Positions 18,997 through 30,030 of a DNA stretch of 51,611 nucleotides are shown piece after piece. Position 1 is the stretch's first letter. Each line of letters opens with the position of its first letter. Both the position numbers and the translations under genes were made by a program. The notes under the pieces are model-generated. The model was not told the DNA's origin, made no database searches, and worked only from the letters and a program-made list of their open reading frames with translations. The DNA comes from Deltaproteobacteria bacterium (GTDB taxonomy: Bacteria > CG2-30-53-67). The stretch spans positions 1 through 51,611 of the forward strand of contig JAADIO010000061.1 of assembly GCA_013151235.1 (NCBI GenBank). The letters are read 5' to 3'.

Positions 18997-20318
18997 TGCA
19001 CCTTCTCCTGCAGGTACGCCGTCCAGTCTTTCAGGGCCCGGGCCGCAAGTTTCTCCCGTCGAAGCCTCCGGGCACGAACCTTTTCCTCCAGTGCAGGGAA
19101 GAGGGACCAGTTCACGTTGGAGGGCTGAAACTTCGTCGATTCCACATTCGTCACATGGGTAATCAATGCCCCGTGGGCCGTCGTCGGCGGGGGCACGGGG
19201 ATCGGCCTGCCTTCCAGCCATTCGACGGCGAAGAGCCCGGCCATCCAGCCCATGGCCGTCGATTCCACATAGCCTTCCACGCCGGTGATCTGGCCGGCCA
19301 GAAAAACCTCGGGACGCTCCTTGAACTGAAGGCTCTTCGTCAGAACCCTGGGACCGTCGACAAAGGTATTCCGGTGGACACTTCCATAACGGAGGAATTC
19401 CACCTTCTCAAGTCCCGGGATCATCCGGAAAATCCTATCCTGTTCCGGGTACTTCAGTTTCGTCTGGAAGCCGACCATGTTATAGGCCGTCCCCTCCCGG
19501 TTTTCCTTGCGAAGCTGGATCACGGCATAAGGCTGTTTGCCCGTCCGAGGATCAACAAGACCCACCGGTTTCATCGGGCCGAAGAGGGGTGTTTCTTTTC
19601 CACGTTCGGCCATCACCTCAATCGGCATGCACCCCTCGAAGTATTTCGGCTCCTCAAAGGCCTCGGCCGGAACCTTTTCCCCGGCCATAAGGGCTTCATA
19701 AAATCGATCGTATTCCTCCCGGTTCATGGGGCAGTTAAGATAGTCGGCCCCTCCCTTATCATAACGCGACGCGGCAAAAACAATGGACCGGTCGATCGAT
19801 TCCGCTTCCAGAATCGGGGCGATGGCATCATAAAAGTGGAGGTGTGTCGAACCGCTGAAGCGACCGATCGCCTCGGCCATGCTGTCGGAGGTGAGGGGAC
19901 CCGTGGAAAGGACCGTCACGCCTTTTCCGGGAATCACCGTCACTTCGGAACGAATCACATGGATCCGGGAGTGCCCGGTCACGGCATCCGTAATATGGGC
20001 TGCAAACTTCTCCCGGTCCACCGCCAGCGCCGATCCGGCCGGCACGGAATGGGCGTCCGCCGCGTCCATGATGAGAGAGCCGCCCCGGCGCATTTCCTCT
20101 TTCAGGAGGCCGACGGCATTGGTGACGTCGCCGGATCGGAGGGAGTTACTGCAGACCAGTTCGGCCAGGCGGTCCGTCTTGTGGGCGGGAGTAAAACGGG
20201 TCGGACGCATTTCGTAGAGATGGACCGAAACACCCCGCTTCGCCGCCTGCCAGGCCGCTTCGCAACCGGCCAGGCCACCGCCGATAATTGTCAGTTCAGG
20301 GGAAGAATGATTTTCCAT
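18993..20318 (-). CDS. trmFO: Folate/FAD-dependent tRNA (uracil-54-C5)-methyltransferase
   Basis: [52 protein letters not shown]. Confidence 0.97.
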   Translation of the reverse strand: MENHSSPELTIIGGGLAGCEAAWQAAKRGVSVHLYEMRPTRFTPAHKTDRLAELVCSNSLRSGDVTNAVGLLKEEMRRGGSLIMDAADAHSVPAGSALAVDREKFAAHITDAVTGHSRIHVIRSEVTVIPGKGVTVLSTGPLTSDSMAEAIGRFSGSTHLHFYDAIAPILEAESIDRSIVFAASRYDKGGADYLNCPMNREEYDRFYEALMAGEKVPAEAFEEPKYFEGCMPIEVMAERGKETPLFGPMKPVGLVDPRTGKQPYAVIQLRKENREGTAYNMVGFQTKLKYPEQDRIFRMIPGLEKVEFLRYGSVHRNTFVDGPRVLTKSLQFKERPEVFLAGQITGVEGYVESTAMGWMAGLFAVEWLEGRPIPVPPPTTAHGALITHVTNVESTKFQPSNVNWSLFPALEEKVRARRLRREKLAARALKDWTAYLQEKVQ

Positions 20319-20344
20319 AATACCCGGCAATCAGCATTCAGCCG

Positions 20345-22777
20345 TCAGCCTCCGCTCTTCACCACCACTTCCTCCCGGACCTCCCGGACATAATCGCACT
20401 CCTTGACGGGGCAGCCGATGAACTTATGGTATTCTTCATCCTCCTTCCGGAAACGCTCCACAAGGAAGGGGCTTCCGCAATCGGGGCAGGGCTCATTGAT
20501 CGGCCGCTGTTTGCTGTTGAATTTACATTTGGGATAGTTACTGCAACCGTAAAAGGTCCGGCCTTTGAACATCTTCTGCACGACAAAACCGTCGCAGCCT
20601 TTTTCCGGACAATCGACGCCGATACTGATCGGTTTGATGTTCTTGCATTTCGGATATCCGCTGCAACCGAGAAATTTTCCGAACCGGCCGTGGCGAACGG
20701 TCATGGGGCTGCCGCACTTTTCGCAGACCTCATCGGTCGTCTCTTCTTCGGCGGCCTTGATCTTCCCCGTCTCATCCTGCACCATCCGACGGGTGGTCTT
20801 GCAATCGGGATATTTCGTGCAGGCCAGGAATTTCCCGAACCGTCCCTTCTTGACCACCATTTCGGCGCCGCACTTCGGACAGACCTCCTCGGTCTTTTCC
20901 ACGTCCATCATCCGGATTTCACCGTTATCGTCCCGGAGAAAATCCTTTGTGTTCTTGCAGTCGGGATAGGTGGAGCAAGCAAGAAATTCACCGTTGTATC
21001 CCCATTTGACCACCATCTTTGCGCCGCATTTCTCGCAATCGATGTTCGTCTCTTCGACATCTTTCTTCACATCCCGCATGGTGACCTTCGCCTTTTCCAG
21101 ATCCGCGACGAATTTTTCGTAAAAGACCTTCAACGTCCCTTTCCAGTCGGCGGCCCCCTCTTCAATCCGGTCGAGTTCCCCTTCCATGTTGGCCGTAAAC
21201 TCCACGTTGAGGAGGTCGGGAAAGCTTTCGACCAGCAGGCTGTTGACCAGGACCCCTAAGGGTGTGGGGTGAAAACGTTTTTCCCGCAATTCCACATATT
21301 TCCGGTCTTGAATGGTGCTCAAGATCGCGGCATAGGTGCTGGGACGCCCGATTCCCTGTTCCTCCAGATCCTTTACGAGCGTCGCCTCACTGTAACGGGG
21401 AGGCGGCTGGGTAAAGTGCTGCTTCGGATCGATCTTTTTGACGGTGAGGACCTCTTCTTCCTTGAGCGGCGGCAGGATCTTCTCCCCCTCGACGGCCTCC
21501 CCCTCTTCGGTACCTTCCAGATAGAGGGTCATGAATCCCTTGAAGCGGACCGTCGACCCGGTGCCGCGGAAAAGATAATCCCCCACTTCGATATCCACGG
21601 AAATCGTATCAAGGATGGCCGGGTTCATCTGACTTGCCACAAAACGATTCCAGATGAGCTGATAAAGCCGGAAGGCATCCCGCTCAAGATAAGACCGGAC
21701 CTTTGCCGGTTCCCGCAAAGAGGAGGTCGGGCGGACCGCCTCATGGGCGTCCTGGGCTTTTTTCCCCCTGGCATAGACCCGGGGCTTTTCCGGCAGATAG
21801 TCCTTCCCGAATTTCTCCAGCACCAGCCCCCGCACCTCATCGACCGCTTCGTTGGATACCCGGGTGGAGTCGGTCCGCATGTAGGTGATAAGCCCCACAC
21901 TTCCTTCCTCTCCGACGGCCATTCCTTCATAAAGTTTCTGGGCTATCATCATCGTCTTTTTCGCCGAAAATCCGAGCTTCCGGGAAGCATCCATCTGGAG
22001 CTTGCTGGTCGTGTAGGGGGCGACGGGATTGCGTTTCTTCTGCTTCTTTACAATCTTTACGACCCGGAATTCCCGGTCACGGATCGCCAGAAGGATTGCC
22101 TCACTCTCCTCCTGATTATGAATCTCCGCCTTTTTCCCCTTGATCTTGTGCAGTTTGGCCTCGAAAGGAGGCGGAGAGGCTCCTTCCAATTCCGCCGTAA
22201 TTGACCAGTATTCCACAGGTTTGAAGGCCTGAACCTCGGCCTCCCGTTCACAGACCAATCGCACGGCCACGGACTGGACACGCCCGGCCGAAAGACCGCG
22301 CCGGACCTTGTCCCAGAGGAGAGGAGAAAGTTTATACCCCACAACACGATCCAGTATCCGGCGAGCCTGCTGGGCATTGACCCGATTTTCATCAATACGG
22401 CCCGGTTTCTTGAAGGCCTCCTGAATCGCCTTCTTGGTAATCTCGTTGAAGACCACCCGGTAGACCTCTTTGGCCCGATCCCCCAGGGCCTGAGCAAGAT
22501 GCCAGGCAATCGCCTCCCCCTCCCGGTCGAAATCGGGGGCCAGGTAAACGGCATCCGCCGTCTTGGCGGCGCTCCGGATCTCACTTAAGACCTTCCCCTT
22601 CCCCCGGATGGTTACATACTTCGGCTCGAAGTCGTGTTCCACATCGACACCGAGTTCCTTCTTGGGCAGGTCGCGGACATGCCCCACAGAGGCAACGACC
22701 TTATAATTTTTTCCCAGAAACTTGTTGATCGTTTTCGCTTTCGAAGGTGACTCAACAATCACCAGTGATTTTGCCAT
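20345..22777 (-). CDS. topA: DNA topoisomerase I with five C-terminal Zn-ribbon repeats
   Basis: LVIVESPSKAKTI, DREGEAI, SAGRVQS, ITYMRTDS, GIGRPSTYA; repeated CxxC...C...C. Confidence 0.98.
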   Translation of the reverse strand: MAKSLVIVESPSKAKTINKFLGKNYKVVASVGHVRDLPKKELGVDVEHDFEPKYVTIRGKGKVLSEIRSAAKTADAVYLAPDFDREGEAIAWHLAQALGDRAKEVYRVVFNEITKKAIQEAFKKPGRIDENRVNAQQARRILDRVVGYKLSPLLWDKVRRGLSAGRVQSVAVRLVCEREAEVQAFKPVEYWSITAELEGASPPPFEAKLHKIKGKKAEIHNQEESEAILLAIRDREFRVVKIVKKQKKRNPVAPYTTSKLQMDASRKLGFSAKKTMMIAQKLYEGMAVGEEGSVGLITYMRTDSTRVSNEAVDEVRGLVLEKFGKDYLPEKPRVYARGKKAQDAHEAVRPTSSLREPAKVRSYLERDAFRLYQLIWNRFVASQMNPAILDTISVDIEVGDYLFRGTGSTVRFKGFMTLYLEGTEEGEAVEGEKILPPLKEEEVLTVKKIDPKQHFTQPPPRYSEATLVKDLEEQGIGRPSTYAAILSTIQDRKYVELREKRFHPTPLGVLVNSLLVESFPDLLNVEFTANMEGELDRIEEGAADWKGTLKVFYEKFVADLEKAKVTMRDVKKDVEETNIDCEKCGAKMVVKWGYNGEFLACSTYPDCKNTKDFLRDDNGEIRMMDVEKTEEVCPKCGAEMVVKKGRFGKFLACTKYPDCKTTRRMVQDETGKIKAAEEETTDEVCEKCGSPMTVRHGRFGKFLGCSGYPKCKNIKPISIGVDCPEKGCDGFVVQKMFKGRTFYGCSNYPKCKFNSKQRPINEPCPDCGSPFLVERFRKEDEEYHKFIGCPVKECDYVREVREEVVVKSGG

Positions 22778-22862
22778 CTGTTCCTCCATCGAAAATTCGC
22801 TTCAATTCTACTGTAAGAGCGCAACCGGACGCAAATGGACTGGTTTTGAATCTATTCCGGAA

Positions 22863-23957
22863 TTATCTCCGGGTAAACAGTTTCCCCGGATGCTGACGGA
22901 CCAATCCCTTGAGTTCCATCTTCATGAGTAATGAAGAAATCCTCGCAGCCGAATAAGGGGTCTTCCCCGCCAGAACGTCGATATGAACCGGTTCATCCTG
23001 AATCAACTGCAACAGGAGGGATTCCTCCTTTACAACCTCCTGCTTGAACGATTGAGGTTCCCTTCCGCTTACTTTCAGGTATTCGCACACCTCTGCAGGA
23101 AATTCCACCAGGATATCCTCCATGGTCTGGACTAGTTTGGCCCCCTTCTGGATCAACAGGTTAACCCCCTCGCTTTGGGGCGCGCGGATGCTGCCGGGAA
23201 TGGCAAAGACCTCCCGCCCCTGTTCCAGTGCAAATTTTGCCGTAATCAAGGAGCCGCTCTTTTTGGTCGCCTCCACCACGAGGGTCCCGAGGGCCAGTCC
23301 GCTGATGATCCGGTTCCGCCGGGGAAAGTTATAGGGGACCGGAGGGGTCCCCATGGGAAACTCGCTGATCAGTGCCCCCTGTTTCGCGATTTCCCCCTTC
23401 AGTTCCCTGTTGATCCGGGGATAGGGGTAGTCAAGACCGCATCCGAGGACGGCCAGGGTCCGCCCCCCTGCCTTGAGCGCTCCTTGATGGGCCCAGGCGT
23501 CAACCCCCATGGCCAGGCCGCTGACAATCGTCATCCCCAGACCGGCCAGCCGGGAGGCAATCTTTTCCGCATTCAGCCGTCCCTGCGTTGTGGCGGAACG
23601 GGACCCGACCACGGCGAGGGCGATACGGTCGGATTTCTTTATTTTCCCCGCGATATAAAGAACCGGCGGAGCATCGGAAATTTCTTTCAGGGACGGAGGA
23701 TAATCAGCATCTTCCCACGTAACGATCCGCCCCCCGGCGTGTAGAATCTTCTCCTCCTCTGTTCGAACCGTTTTCTCGGGGTCACATTCCCGGATACGGC
23801 GGGCCATCTCTATCGAAAACCCGAAAGTGGTCAGTTCATCCTCGGACCCGGAAAAAATCCGTACAGGATCATGACTTCGCTGAAGAGCCCTCCAGAAAAC
23901 CCTGGGGATCATCCCCATCTGGGCATTCAGGGCAATGTACGCGGCCCTCTTATCCAC
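22863..23957 (-). CDS. dprA: DNA-processing protein DprA
   Basis: AVVGSR, IVSGLAMGVD, FPRRNRIISGL, SGSLITA; probable GTG start at 23957 after AAGGAG. Confidence 0.94.
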   Translation of the reverse strand: MDKRAAYIALNAQMGMIPRVFWRALQRSHDPVRIFSGSEDELTTFGFSIEMARRIRECDPEKTVRTEEEKILHAGGRIVTWEDADYPPSLKEISDAPPVLYIAGKIKKSDRIALAVVGSRSATTQGRLNAEKIASRLAGLGMTIVSGLAMGVDAWAHQGALKAGGRTLAVLGCGLDYPYPRINRELKGEIAKQGALISEFPMGTPPVPYNFPRRNRIISGLALGTLVVEATKKSGSLITAKFALEQGREVFAIPGSIRAPQSEGVNLLIQKGAKLVQTMEDILVEFPAEVCEYLKVSGREPQSFKQEVVKEESLLLQLIQDEPVHIDVLAGKTPYSAARISSLLMKMELKGLVRQHPGKLFTRR

Positions 23958-24264
23958 GGAATTCCTTTTCTCCTTCGCATCGTCGTCCTGCGAAAACACC
24001 CCCTATGGTACGGACACAAAAACCTCTTCGGCCCCTGAAAACCCGCCTTTCGTGCGGAACACCCGCAGGAATGAATCCCTATATTGTGTTACGAAAGCAT
24101 TGACCGGGAAGTTACATTCAGATAATATGATAATTCAAAGCACCCGGAAGATCAAACAATATTTTGACGGCACGGCAGAACGTCTCTCTAATGGCAATCT
24201 CATCTTTAGATTTGCCGTGAACGGGACCTTGTTTGCCGCGCCCTTAAGAACGGGCGGAAAAAAG

Positions 24265-24795
24265 ATGAAACTTCATGAGGCCATCCGGCAACGGCGCAGT
24301 ATTCGGAGTTTTATTGACAAAACAATCCCAAAAGAGGTACTGACCAGGGTTCTCAATGCCGGAAGGCTTGCCCCCTCGGCGGTCAACCTTCAGCCCTGGC
24401 GGTTTATCGTGATTCGGGAACCGGTAACCAAAATGGAGTTGGTCGAATGTACCCGAGGCGGCAAGCATACCCACCTGGGCATGGGGGACGTTATCCTCGT
24501 TGCCTGTGGAAACGAGAAGGAGTGCTACCAGCGCCAGGGAAACTACATGAAAACCTTTGCCATCGACGTGGCGATCGCCCTGGAGCAGATGATACTCGCA
24601 GCCACGGCGGAAGGGCTCGGAACCTGCTGGATCGGCGCCTTCGATGAAGAAAAGGTCAAGACCCTCCTCGACATCCCCGATCCCTGGCGGGTGGTCGCCA
24701 TGACCCCCCTGGGGTATCCTGATGAATCCCCCCCCGACCGGGGAAGAAAATCATTGGACGAGATCGTCTGTTATGAAAGATGGGAAGCTTATTAG
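24265..24795 (+). CDS. Nitroreductase family protein
   Basis: RRSIRSF, APSAVNLQPWRF, LAATAEGLGTCWIGAF, LGYP. Confidence 0.93.
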   Translation: MKLHEAIRQRRSIRSFIDKTIPKEVLTRVLNAGRLAPSAVNLQPWRFIVIREPVTKMELVECTRGGKHTHLGMGDVILVACGNEKECYQRQGNYMKTFAIDVAIALEQMILAATAEGLGTCWIGAFDEEKVKTLLDIPDPWRVVAMTPLGYPDESPPDRGRKSLDEIVCYERWEAY

Positions 24796-24830
24796 AGAAA
24801 AGGCCGCCACGGGTAAATCGGCGCTACACG

Positions 24831-24947
24831 CTCTGTGCCTCAGATTTTCCCCTGTGACGCCCCGTGTTCCCCCGTGGTAGAGGCTTTTGTGTTTTGACTC
24901 TGTGCCTTTGTGCCTCTGCCCCTTTGCACCTTCGCCTTTCGCCTCTG
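24831..24947 (-). repeat. Orphan array of degenerate purine-rich 8-10-nt repeats
   Basis: Minus strand: ...GGCAGAG GCACAAAG GCACAGAG TCAAAACACAAAAGC..ACCACGGGGG AACACGGGG CGTCACAGGGG. Confidence 0.6.
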
Positions 24948-24956
24948 CAGCGGACG

Positions 24957-25928
24957 TTACCCCTCCCGATACAGAAGACACCGGACCCGACGGTTGCCCC
25001 CCAGGGCGACCAGGGGAGGGGCGACCTTGTCGCAGAGTTCAAGACGCTCGGGACAACGGGGATGAAAAAGACAGCCCGGCGGCGGAGCGGCAGCCGTGGG
25101 AATCTCTCCGGTGATCCGGATCCGTTTCTTCTTCTTCGTCGGGTCCGGAACCGGGATCGCAGAGAGGAGCACCCGCGTATAGGGGTGTAACGGCTCCCGA
25201 TAGAGATCGTCCCGATCCGCCTCCTCCATGATCTTGCCCAGGTACATCACCGCCACCCGGTCGCAGAGATATTCGACCACACTCAGATCGTGAGAGATAA
25301 AAAGATAGGTCAGGTGATAACGCTCCTTCAAGTCCTGGAGCAGGTTCAACACCTGTGCCCGGATCGAAACATCCAGAGCGGAAACCGGTTCATCGGCCAC
25401 AATGATTTTCGGGTGGACGGCAAGGGCCCGGGCAATCCCGACCCGCTGCCGCTGTCCCCCGCTGAATTCATGAGGATACTTGTTATAGTCCTCCACCGAG
25501 AGGCCCACATCCTGCAGGAGTTGACCCACCTTCTCGACCCTCTCTTTCCGTTTCAGGTGCATGTTGATCCGGATGGACTCTTCCACGGTCTGCCCCACGG
25601 TCATACGGGGGTTGAGGGAAGCGAAAGGATCCTGAAAGATGATCTGGATCTCCGAGCGTATCCGCCGCATTTCGCTATAACTTTTTTTGAGGAGATCTTC
25701 ATTGTGGAAGAAAACCTCCCCCGCCGTGGGTTGAATCAAACGAAGGATACACTTACCGGCGGTAGATTTCCCGCAGCCTGATTCTCCCACCAGACCTAAC
25801 GTCCGGCCCTCTTGCAAAGTAAGATCCACCCCATCGACGGCCCGTACCTGCCCTGTTCCCCTGCGGAAAAACCCTCCACCGACGGGAAAATATTTCTTCA
25901 GCCCCCTGACTTTAAGAATTGCCGACAA
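24957..25928 (-). CDS. Oligopeptide/dipeptide ABC transporter ATP-binding protein (OppF/DppF-type)
   Basis: [33 protein letters not shown]-terminal GC.FHPRC. Confidence 0.93.
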   Translation of the reverse strand: MSAILKVRGLKKYFPVGGGFFRRGTGQVRAVDGVDLTLQEGRTLGLVGESGCGKSTAGKCILRLIQPTAGEVFFHNEDLLKKSYSEMRRIRSEIQIIFQDPFASLNPRMTVGQTVEESIRINMHLKRKERVEKVGQLLQDVGLSVEDYNKYPHEFSGGQRQRVGIARALAVHPKIIVADEPVSALDVSIRAQVLNLLQDLKERYHLTYLFISHDLSVVEYLCDRVAVMYLGKIMEEADRDDLYREPLHPYTRVLLSAIPVPDPTKKKKRIRITGEIPTAAAPPPGCLFHPRCPERLELCDKVAPPLVALGGNRRVRCLLYREG

Positions 25929-25954
25929 GATAGAACCCTTTTTTTTGCTTATAC

Positions 25955-26040
25955 CTTCTTCAATCCCTTCATGTCCTTCATGGTGAGAATGTCTTTCGCT
26001 TTCGACTCTGCTCTATGCCTCCGTGCTTTGCCTTTGTGCC
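25955..26040 (-). repeat. Orphan array of degenerate purine-rich 8/9-nt repeats
   Basis: Minus strand: GGCACAAAG GCAAAGCACGGAG GCATAGAG CAGAGTCGAAAGCGAAAG..ACCATGAAG GACATGAAG GGATTGAAG. Confidence 0.6.
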
Positions 26041-27024
26041 TCAGCCCCTCTCCCCCCTGAAGTCCTTAATACACCGAACCCAATGCCCCGGCTCCAGCTC
26101 CACATTTGCCGGTTTCCGCCGGCGGCATTCGCCGGTCACATGGCGGCAACGGGGGGCAAAGCTGCAACCGGGGGGGAGATCGACCAGGTCCGAAACGGCC
26201 CCCGGGATGGGTTTCAGGCGCCCCATCCCGCCGGTTTCTCCGATCCGGGGAATCGATTCCAGCAGACCGATGGTATAAGGATGGCCCGGCCGCCGGAAGA
26301 GATCGGAAGTCCGTGCGCTCTCCATAATTTCGCCTGCATACATGACGAAAACCCGGTCGGCCATTTCCGCGACGACACCCAAATCGTGGGTAATCAGCAG
26401 AATCGACATTTCCGACTCCCGCCGGATCTGATTCATCAGGTCGAGAATCTGGGCCTGAATGGTCACATCAAGGGCGGTGGTCGGCTCATCTGCAATCAAG
26501 ATGGAAGGATGGCAGGAGAGGGCCATGGCGATCATGACCCGTTGGCGCATTCCGCCGGAGAACTGGTGGGGATATTCGTCAATCCGCTGTTCCGGTGAGG
26601 GGATCCGGACCCGGCGTAAAAGATCAAGGGTTCGTGCTCTCGCCTCCCCTTTGTTCACTCCCTGGTGAAGGATCACGGCCTCGGCGATCTGGTTCCCGAT
26701 GGTAAAGACCGGATTAAGGGAGGTCATCGGTTCCTGAAAAATCATCGAAATCCGGTTTCCCCGGATGCTCCGCATCCGCTCCGGTTCAAGTTCAAGGAGG
26801 TCTTGCCCCTCGAAAAGGATCTTCCCGCTGACGATTTGCGCCGGCGGGACGGACAGGAGTCTCAGGATAGACAGTGCCGTGACGCTCTTGCCGCAACCCG
26901 ACTCTCCGACGACCCCCAGGACTTCCCCTTTTGCCAGGGAAAAACCGACACCGTTCACGGCGTGGACAACGCCGGAATCGGTATGAAAATGAACGGTGAG
27001 ATTTTTGATTTGCAGGATGGGCAT
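26041..27024 (-). CDS. Oligopeptide/dipeptide ABC transporter ATP-binding protein (OppD/DppD-type)
   Basis: [45 protein letters not shown]; start set at MPILQIKNL. Confidence 0.93.
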   Translation of the reverse strand: MPILQIKNLTVHFHTDSGVVHAVNGVGFSLAKGEVLGVVGESGCGKSVTALSILRLLSVPPAQIVSGKILFEGQDLLELEPERMRSIRGNRISMIFQEPMTSLNPVFTIGNQIAEAVILHQGVNKGEARARTLDLLRRVRIPSPEQRIDEYPHQFSGGMRQRVMIAMALSCHPSILIADEPTTALDVTIQAQILDLMNQIRRESEMSILLITHDLGVVAEMADRVFVMYAGEIMESARTSDLFRRPGHPYTIGLLESIPRIGETGGMGRLKPIPGAVSDLVDLPPGCSFAPRCRHVTGECRRRKPANVELEPGHWVRCIKDFRGERG

Positions 27025-27123
27025 GAATATCGTCGATGATTGACCACCGCCACGAAGAGGCGGAACATTGGCGGCTTCGCAAAAAAATCCGTCCGGAACA
27101 AAATTTTTCACAAGACCGGCCGC

Positions 27124-27840
27124 CTACCCCACAGCCTCATCTTTCGGCTCAACCAGACGGAGAAAGGTCGCCGTTTCCCTGTGTGAAGGATCGATTCGCT
27201 CAGCCTCCCGGAACTCCCGGATTGCCAGGTCTTGCCTCCCTTGCTTGTAGAAGGTCAGACCGAGATGGAGCAGGGCCGGAATATAAAGCGGATTGAGTTT
27301 TTTCGCCTCCTCAAGATAGTTCAATGCACCCTTGAAATCCCCCTTCTCCCGATGGGAAAGCCCGATCTTCATCAGCACCTCGATGGAGTCGGGACGCATC
27401 TTCAGCGCCATCCGGTATTCATGGATCGCCTCGTCGAACCAACCGATCTCGTTGTAGGCATCCCCGGTCTCCACATGCATGCCCGTCAGTTTCCCCTTAA
27501 CAAAGGGATCGATCGACAGGGGAGCCGTCCTGACATTGTCGGCGGTCAAGTGAAAAACCTCTTCGGCTTCGTCAAAACGACCGCTTTCATTAAGGGTAAT
27601 TACCAGGTTCAAGGCCGCCTCCGTATAATTCGGATTAATCTCCAAGGCACGGCGAAAGGCTTCCGTTGCCTTCTGAAATTTTCCGTCGGCATGATAGATC
27701 GTTCCGAGCTTGCTGTGGATCTCGGCAAGATTCGGCTCCTGCGTAAGAACCCTCTCGAAACATTCCCGGGCCGGGTCGTATTCTCCCTGCTTGAAATGCA
27801 TCTTCCCCCGGACGATCATATCGTGTACGGACTCTTTCAT
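27124..27840 (-). CDS. Tetratricopeptide-repeat protein
   Basis: Multiple TPR-type repeats (A...F..AL..NP.Y.EA..NL). Confidence 0.85.
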   Translation of the reverse strand: MKESVHDMIVRGKMHFKQGEYDPARECFERVLTQEPNLAEIHSKLGTIYHADGKFQKATEAFRRALEINPNYTEAALNLVITLNESGRFDEAEEVFHLTADNVRTAPLSIDPFVKGKLTGMHVETGDAYNEIGWFDEAIHEYRMALKMRPDSIEVLMKIGLSHREKGDFKGALNYLEEAKKLNPLYIPALLHLGLTFYKQGRQDLAIREFREAERIDPSHRETATFLRLVEPKDEAVG

Positions 27841-27854
27841 GAAGGGCTCCTTTC

Positions 27855-28715
27855 TTAACGACTCTTTTCCAGATAGTGGAAAAATTCCGATTTCGGACTG
27901 AGGACCAGCAATGTCTTGTCCTTCAGCGAATTCCCGTAGGCATCCATGGTACGCATGAACTTAAAGAAGTCGGGATCCTGCTGATAGGCCTCGGCATAGA
28001 TCCGGGTCGCGATGGCATCTCCTTCTCCTCTCAGCTCTTGTGCCTTCCGCTTTGCCTGCGCCAGAAGGATAGTCCGTTCCTTGTCGGCTTCGGCCCGCAC
28101 CTTGATGGCCTTCTCCTCCCCCTCGGAACGGTAACGCTTGGCCTCCTGCTGCCGTTCGGCCTGCATCCGGCCGAAGACATGCTTTTCATTCTGTTCCGGC
28201 AGGTCGGCCCGCTTGATCCGGACGTCGACGACCTGAATCCCATAGGAGGGGGTCTTCAGATTCGTATCCTTGGTCACGTCCCCCATGATGTGGGCCCGGT
28301 TCTCCGAAACAATCTGGGCGAGGGTATATTTCCCCAGTTCCGCCCGGAGGTTGGAATAGATGATATCATCCAGCCGGGCCTGGGCGCCGCTTTCATTACG
28401 CATGGTCTGGTAGAACTTCAGCGGATCCGAGATATACCACTTGGCATAGTTGTCGATGACCAGGTTCTTCTTATCCTGCGTCACCACCACCCGGGCGTCG
28501 GCATCGTATTCGAGGATTCGATTGTCGAAGAAGAGAACCTGCTGCACGAAGGGGACCTTGATATTCAGGCCGGGCTTGTGGATCGTCTTCACCGGTCTTC
28601 CCATGAAAAGGACCACGGCCGATTCCGTCTGGTCCACGGTAAAAAAGACCTGGGGAATCAGAACCAGTGCCCCGAAGAGTATGATCACGGCTATGGCTGA
28701 AGAGAACTTTTTCAT
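27855..28715 (-). CDS. hflC: FtsH protease modulator HflC
   Basis: N-terminal TM, SPFH domain, DVRIKRADLP, RMQAER, RSEGEE, DPDFFKFMRTM. Confidence 0.94.
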   Translation of the reverse strand: MKKFSSAIAVIILFGALVLIPQVFFTVDQTESAVVLFMGRPVKTIHKPGLNIKVPFVQQVLFFDNRILEYDADARVVVTQDKKNLVIDNYAKWYISDPLKFYQTMRNESGAQARLDDIIYSNLRAELGKYTLAQIVSENRAHIMGDVTKDTNLKTPSYGIQVVDVRIKRADLPEQNEKHVFGRMQAERQQEAKRYRSEGEEKAIKVRAEADKERTILLAQAKRKAQELRGEGDAIATRIYAEAYQQDPDFFKFMRTMDAYGNSLKDKTLLVLSPKSEFFHYLEKSR

Positions 28716-29791
28716 CTTCTTCCCCCTTTCCCGTCAACAGCAGCACTGTCCTGCGTCCCCTTTTGGATCCTGTCCAGAGGAAGGTAGGGAAGAATCTTGT
28801 CCGCGGTCTTCCCGTCGATGATAATCTTCTCCATCCGAGGCATGATCTTCTCCATGGTCTCCAGATAGATCCGGGTGCGGGTTACATCCTTCGCCTTCCG
28901 GTACTCCGTGAGGACCTGAAGAAAACGGCTCACATCCCCCTTGGCCCGGTCGATCTCCGCCTCCCGGTAGGCCTGCGCCTCATTCACAAGCTGTTCCGCC
29001 ATTCCCTTGGCCTTGGGCAGAATATCGTTACGGTATCCCATGGCCTGGTTTTCCGTCTTCTCCTTGTCCTCCTTGGCCGACGCAACATCCTTGAAGGCCT
29101 CGATAACCGGTTTCGGCGGAAGGACATCCTGCAGCCGCACCGCATCGACCTTGAGACCGGCATGATACTTGTCGAGAATCTCCTGCAGAAGACTCTTGGT
29201 ATCTTCCTGAATTTGCAGTTTTCCTCCCGTCAGGACGTCATCGATCCGGTTTTTGCCGACGACCTCCCGCATGGCCGCCTCCGATGCATCCTTGATCGTC
29301 TTCTCCTGTCCTTTAATGGCAAAAAGATACTGCACGGGATCCTTGATCCGGTACTGCACAATAAATTCCAGTGCGACGATATTTTCGTCCCCCGTCAGCA
29401 TCAGCGCCTCCGACGGGACGGAACGATACCGGGCGGGAGGACCGGCGGTAATGGTGCGGAACCCTACCTCCAGACGGTGGACCTTGGTCACCTTCGGTTT
29501 CAGGACCGTCTCCACAGGAAAGGGGACATGCCAGTGCGGACCGGGAGGACTCGTACGAACCATGGCGCCGAAACGCTTGACCACACCCATTTCCTCCGGA
29601 GCCACAACATAGACGCCGGAGGCCATCCAGAGGAGAAAAAACAACAGGAGAAGCACCCAGGCACCGGGGAGCTTCTTCCGGAAGGACTTGAAGGAACGGA
29701 GGGACTCTTCCAGCTTCTTGACAACATCTTCAATGGGCGGAGGCCCTTCTCCCCACGAACCGCCTCCCGGTTTGTTCGGATCCCAAGGCAT
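28712..29791 (-). CDS. hflK: FtsH protease modulator HflK
   Basis: MPW...GPP N-terminus, MLTGDENIV, AF.DV..A..D, TRTRIYLETM. Confidence 0.94.
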   Translation of the reverse strand: MPWDPNKPGGGSWGEGPPPIEDVVKKLEESLRSFKSFRKKLPGAWVLLLLFFLLWMASGVYVVAPEEMGVVKRFGAMVRTSPPGPHWHVPFPVETVLKPKVTKVHRLEVGFRTITAGPPARYRSVPSEALMLTGDENIVALEFIVQYRIKDPVQYLFAIKGQEKTIKDASEAAMREVVGKNRIDDVLTGGKLQIQEDTKSLLQEILDKYHAGLKVDAVRLQDVLPPKPVIEAFKDVASAKEDKEKTENQAMGYRNDILPKAKGMAEQLVNEAQAYREAEIDRAKGDVSRFLQVLTEYRKAKDVTRTRIYLETMEKIMPRMEKIIIDGKTADKILPYLPLDRIQKGTQDSAAVDGKGGRR

Positions 29792-30030
29792 GAGTCACTC
29801 CTTCCTCTGCTCGATCGACGAGGGGTCAGGCATCTCTCCTCATCAGGAGGATGCATATTAAATCATAAAGATGATCGCGAAGAAAAACGGTAATGTGTGT
29901 GGTGAGTCTAATCGATTTACAGTGAAAGATCAAGCCCCGTGCATGAGAAAAGATGAGAGAAAGAGCGCACAGGCAATCCCCCGGATACGAAAGGCCCTTC
30001 CGCCGGAATCCGCAAAGGCAATTTCCGTTG

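Noticed and set aside
24957-27024. Peptide ABC ATPases without permease or binding-protein genes
   Set aside because: Split opp/dpp operons are common, and the partner genes are probably elsewhere in the genome.
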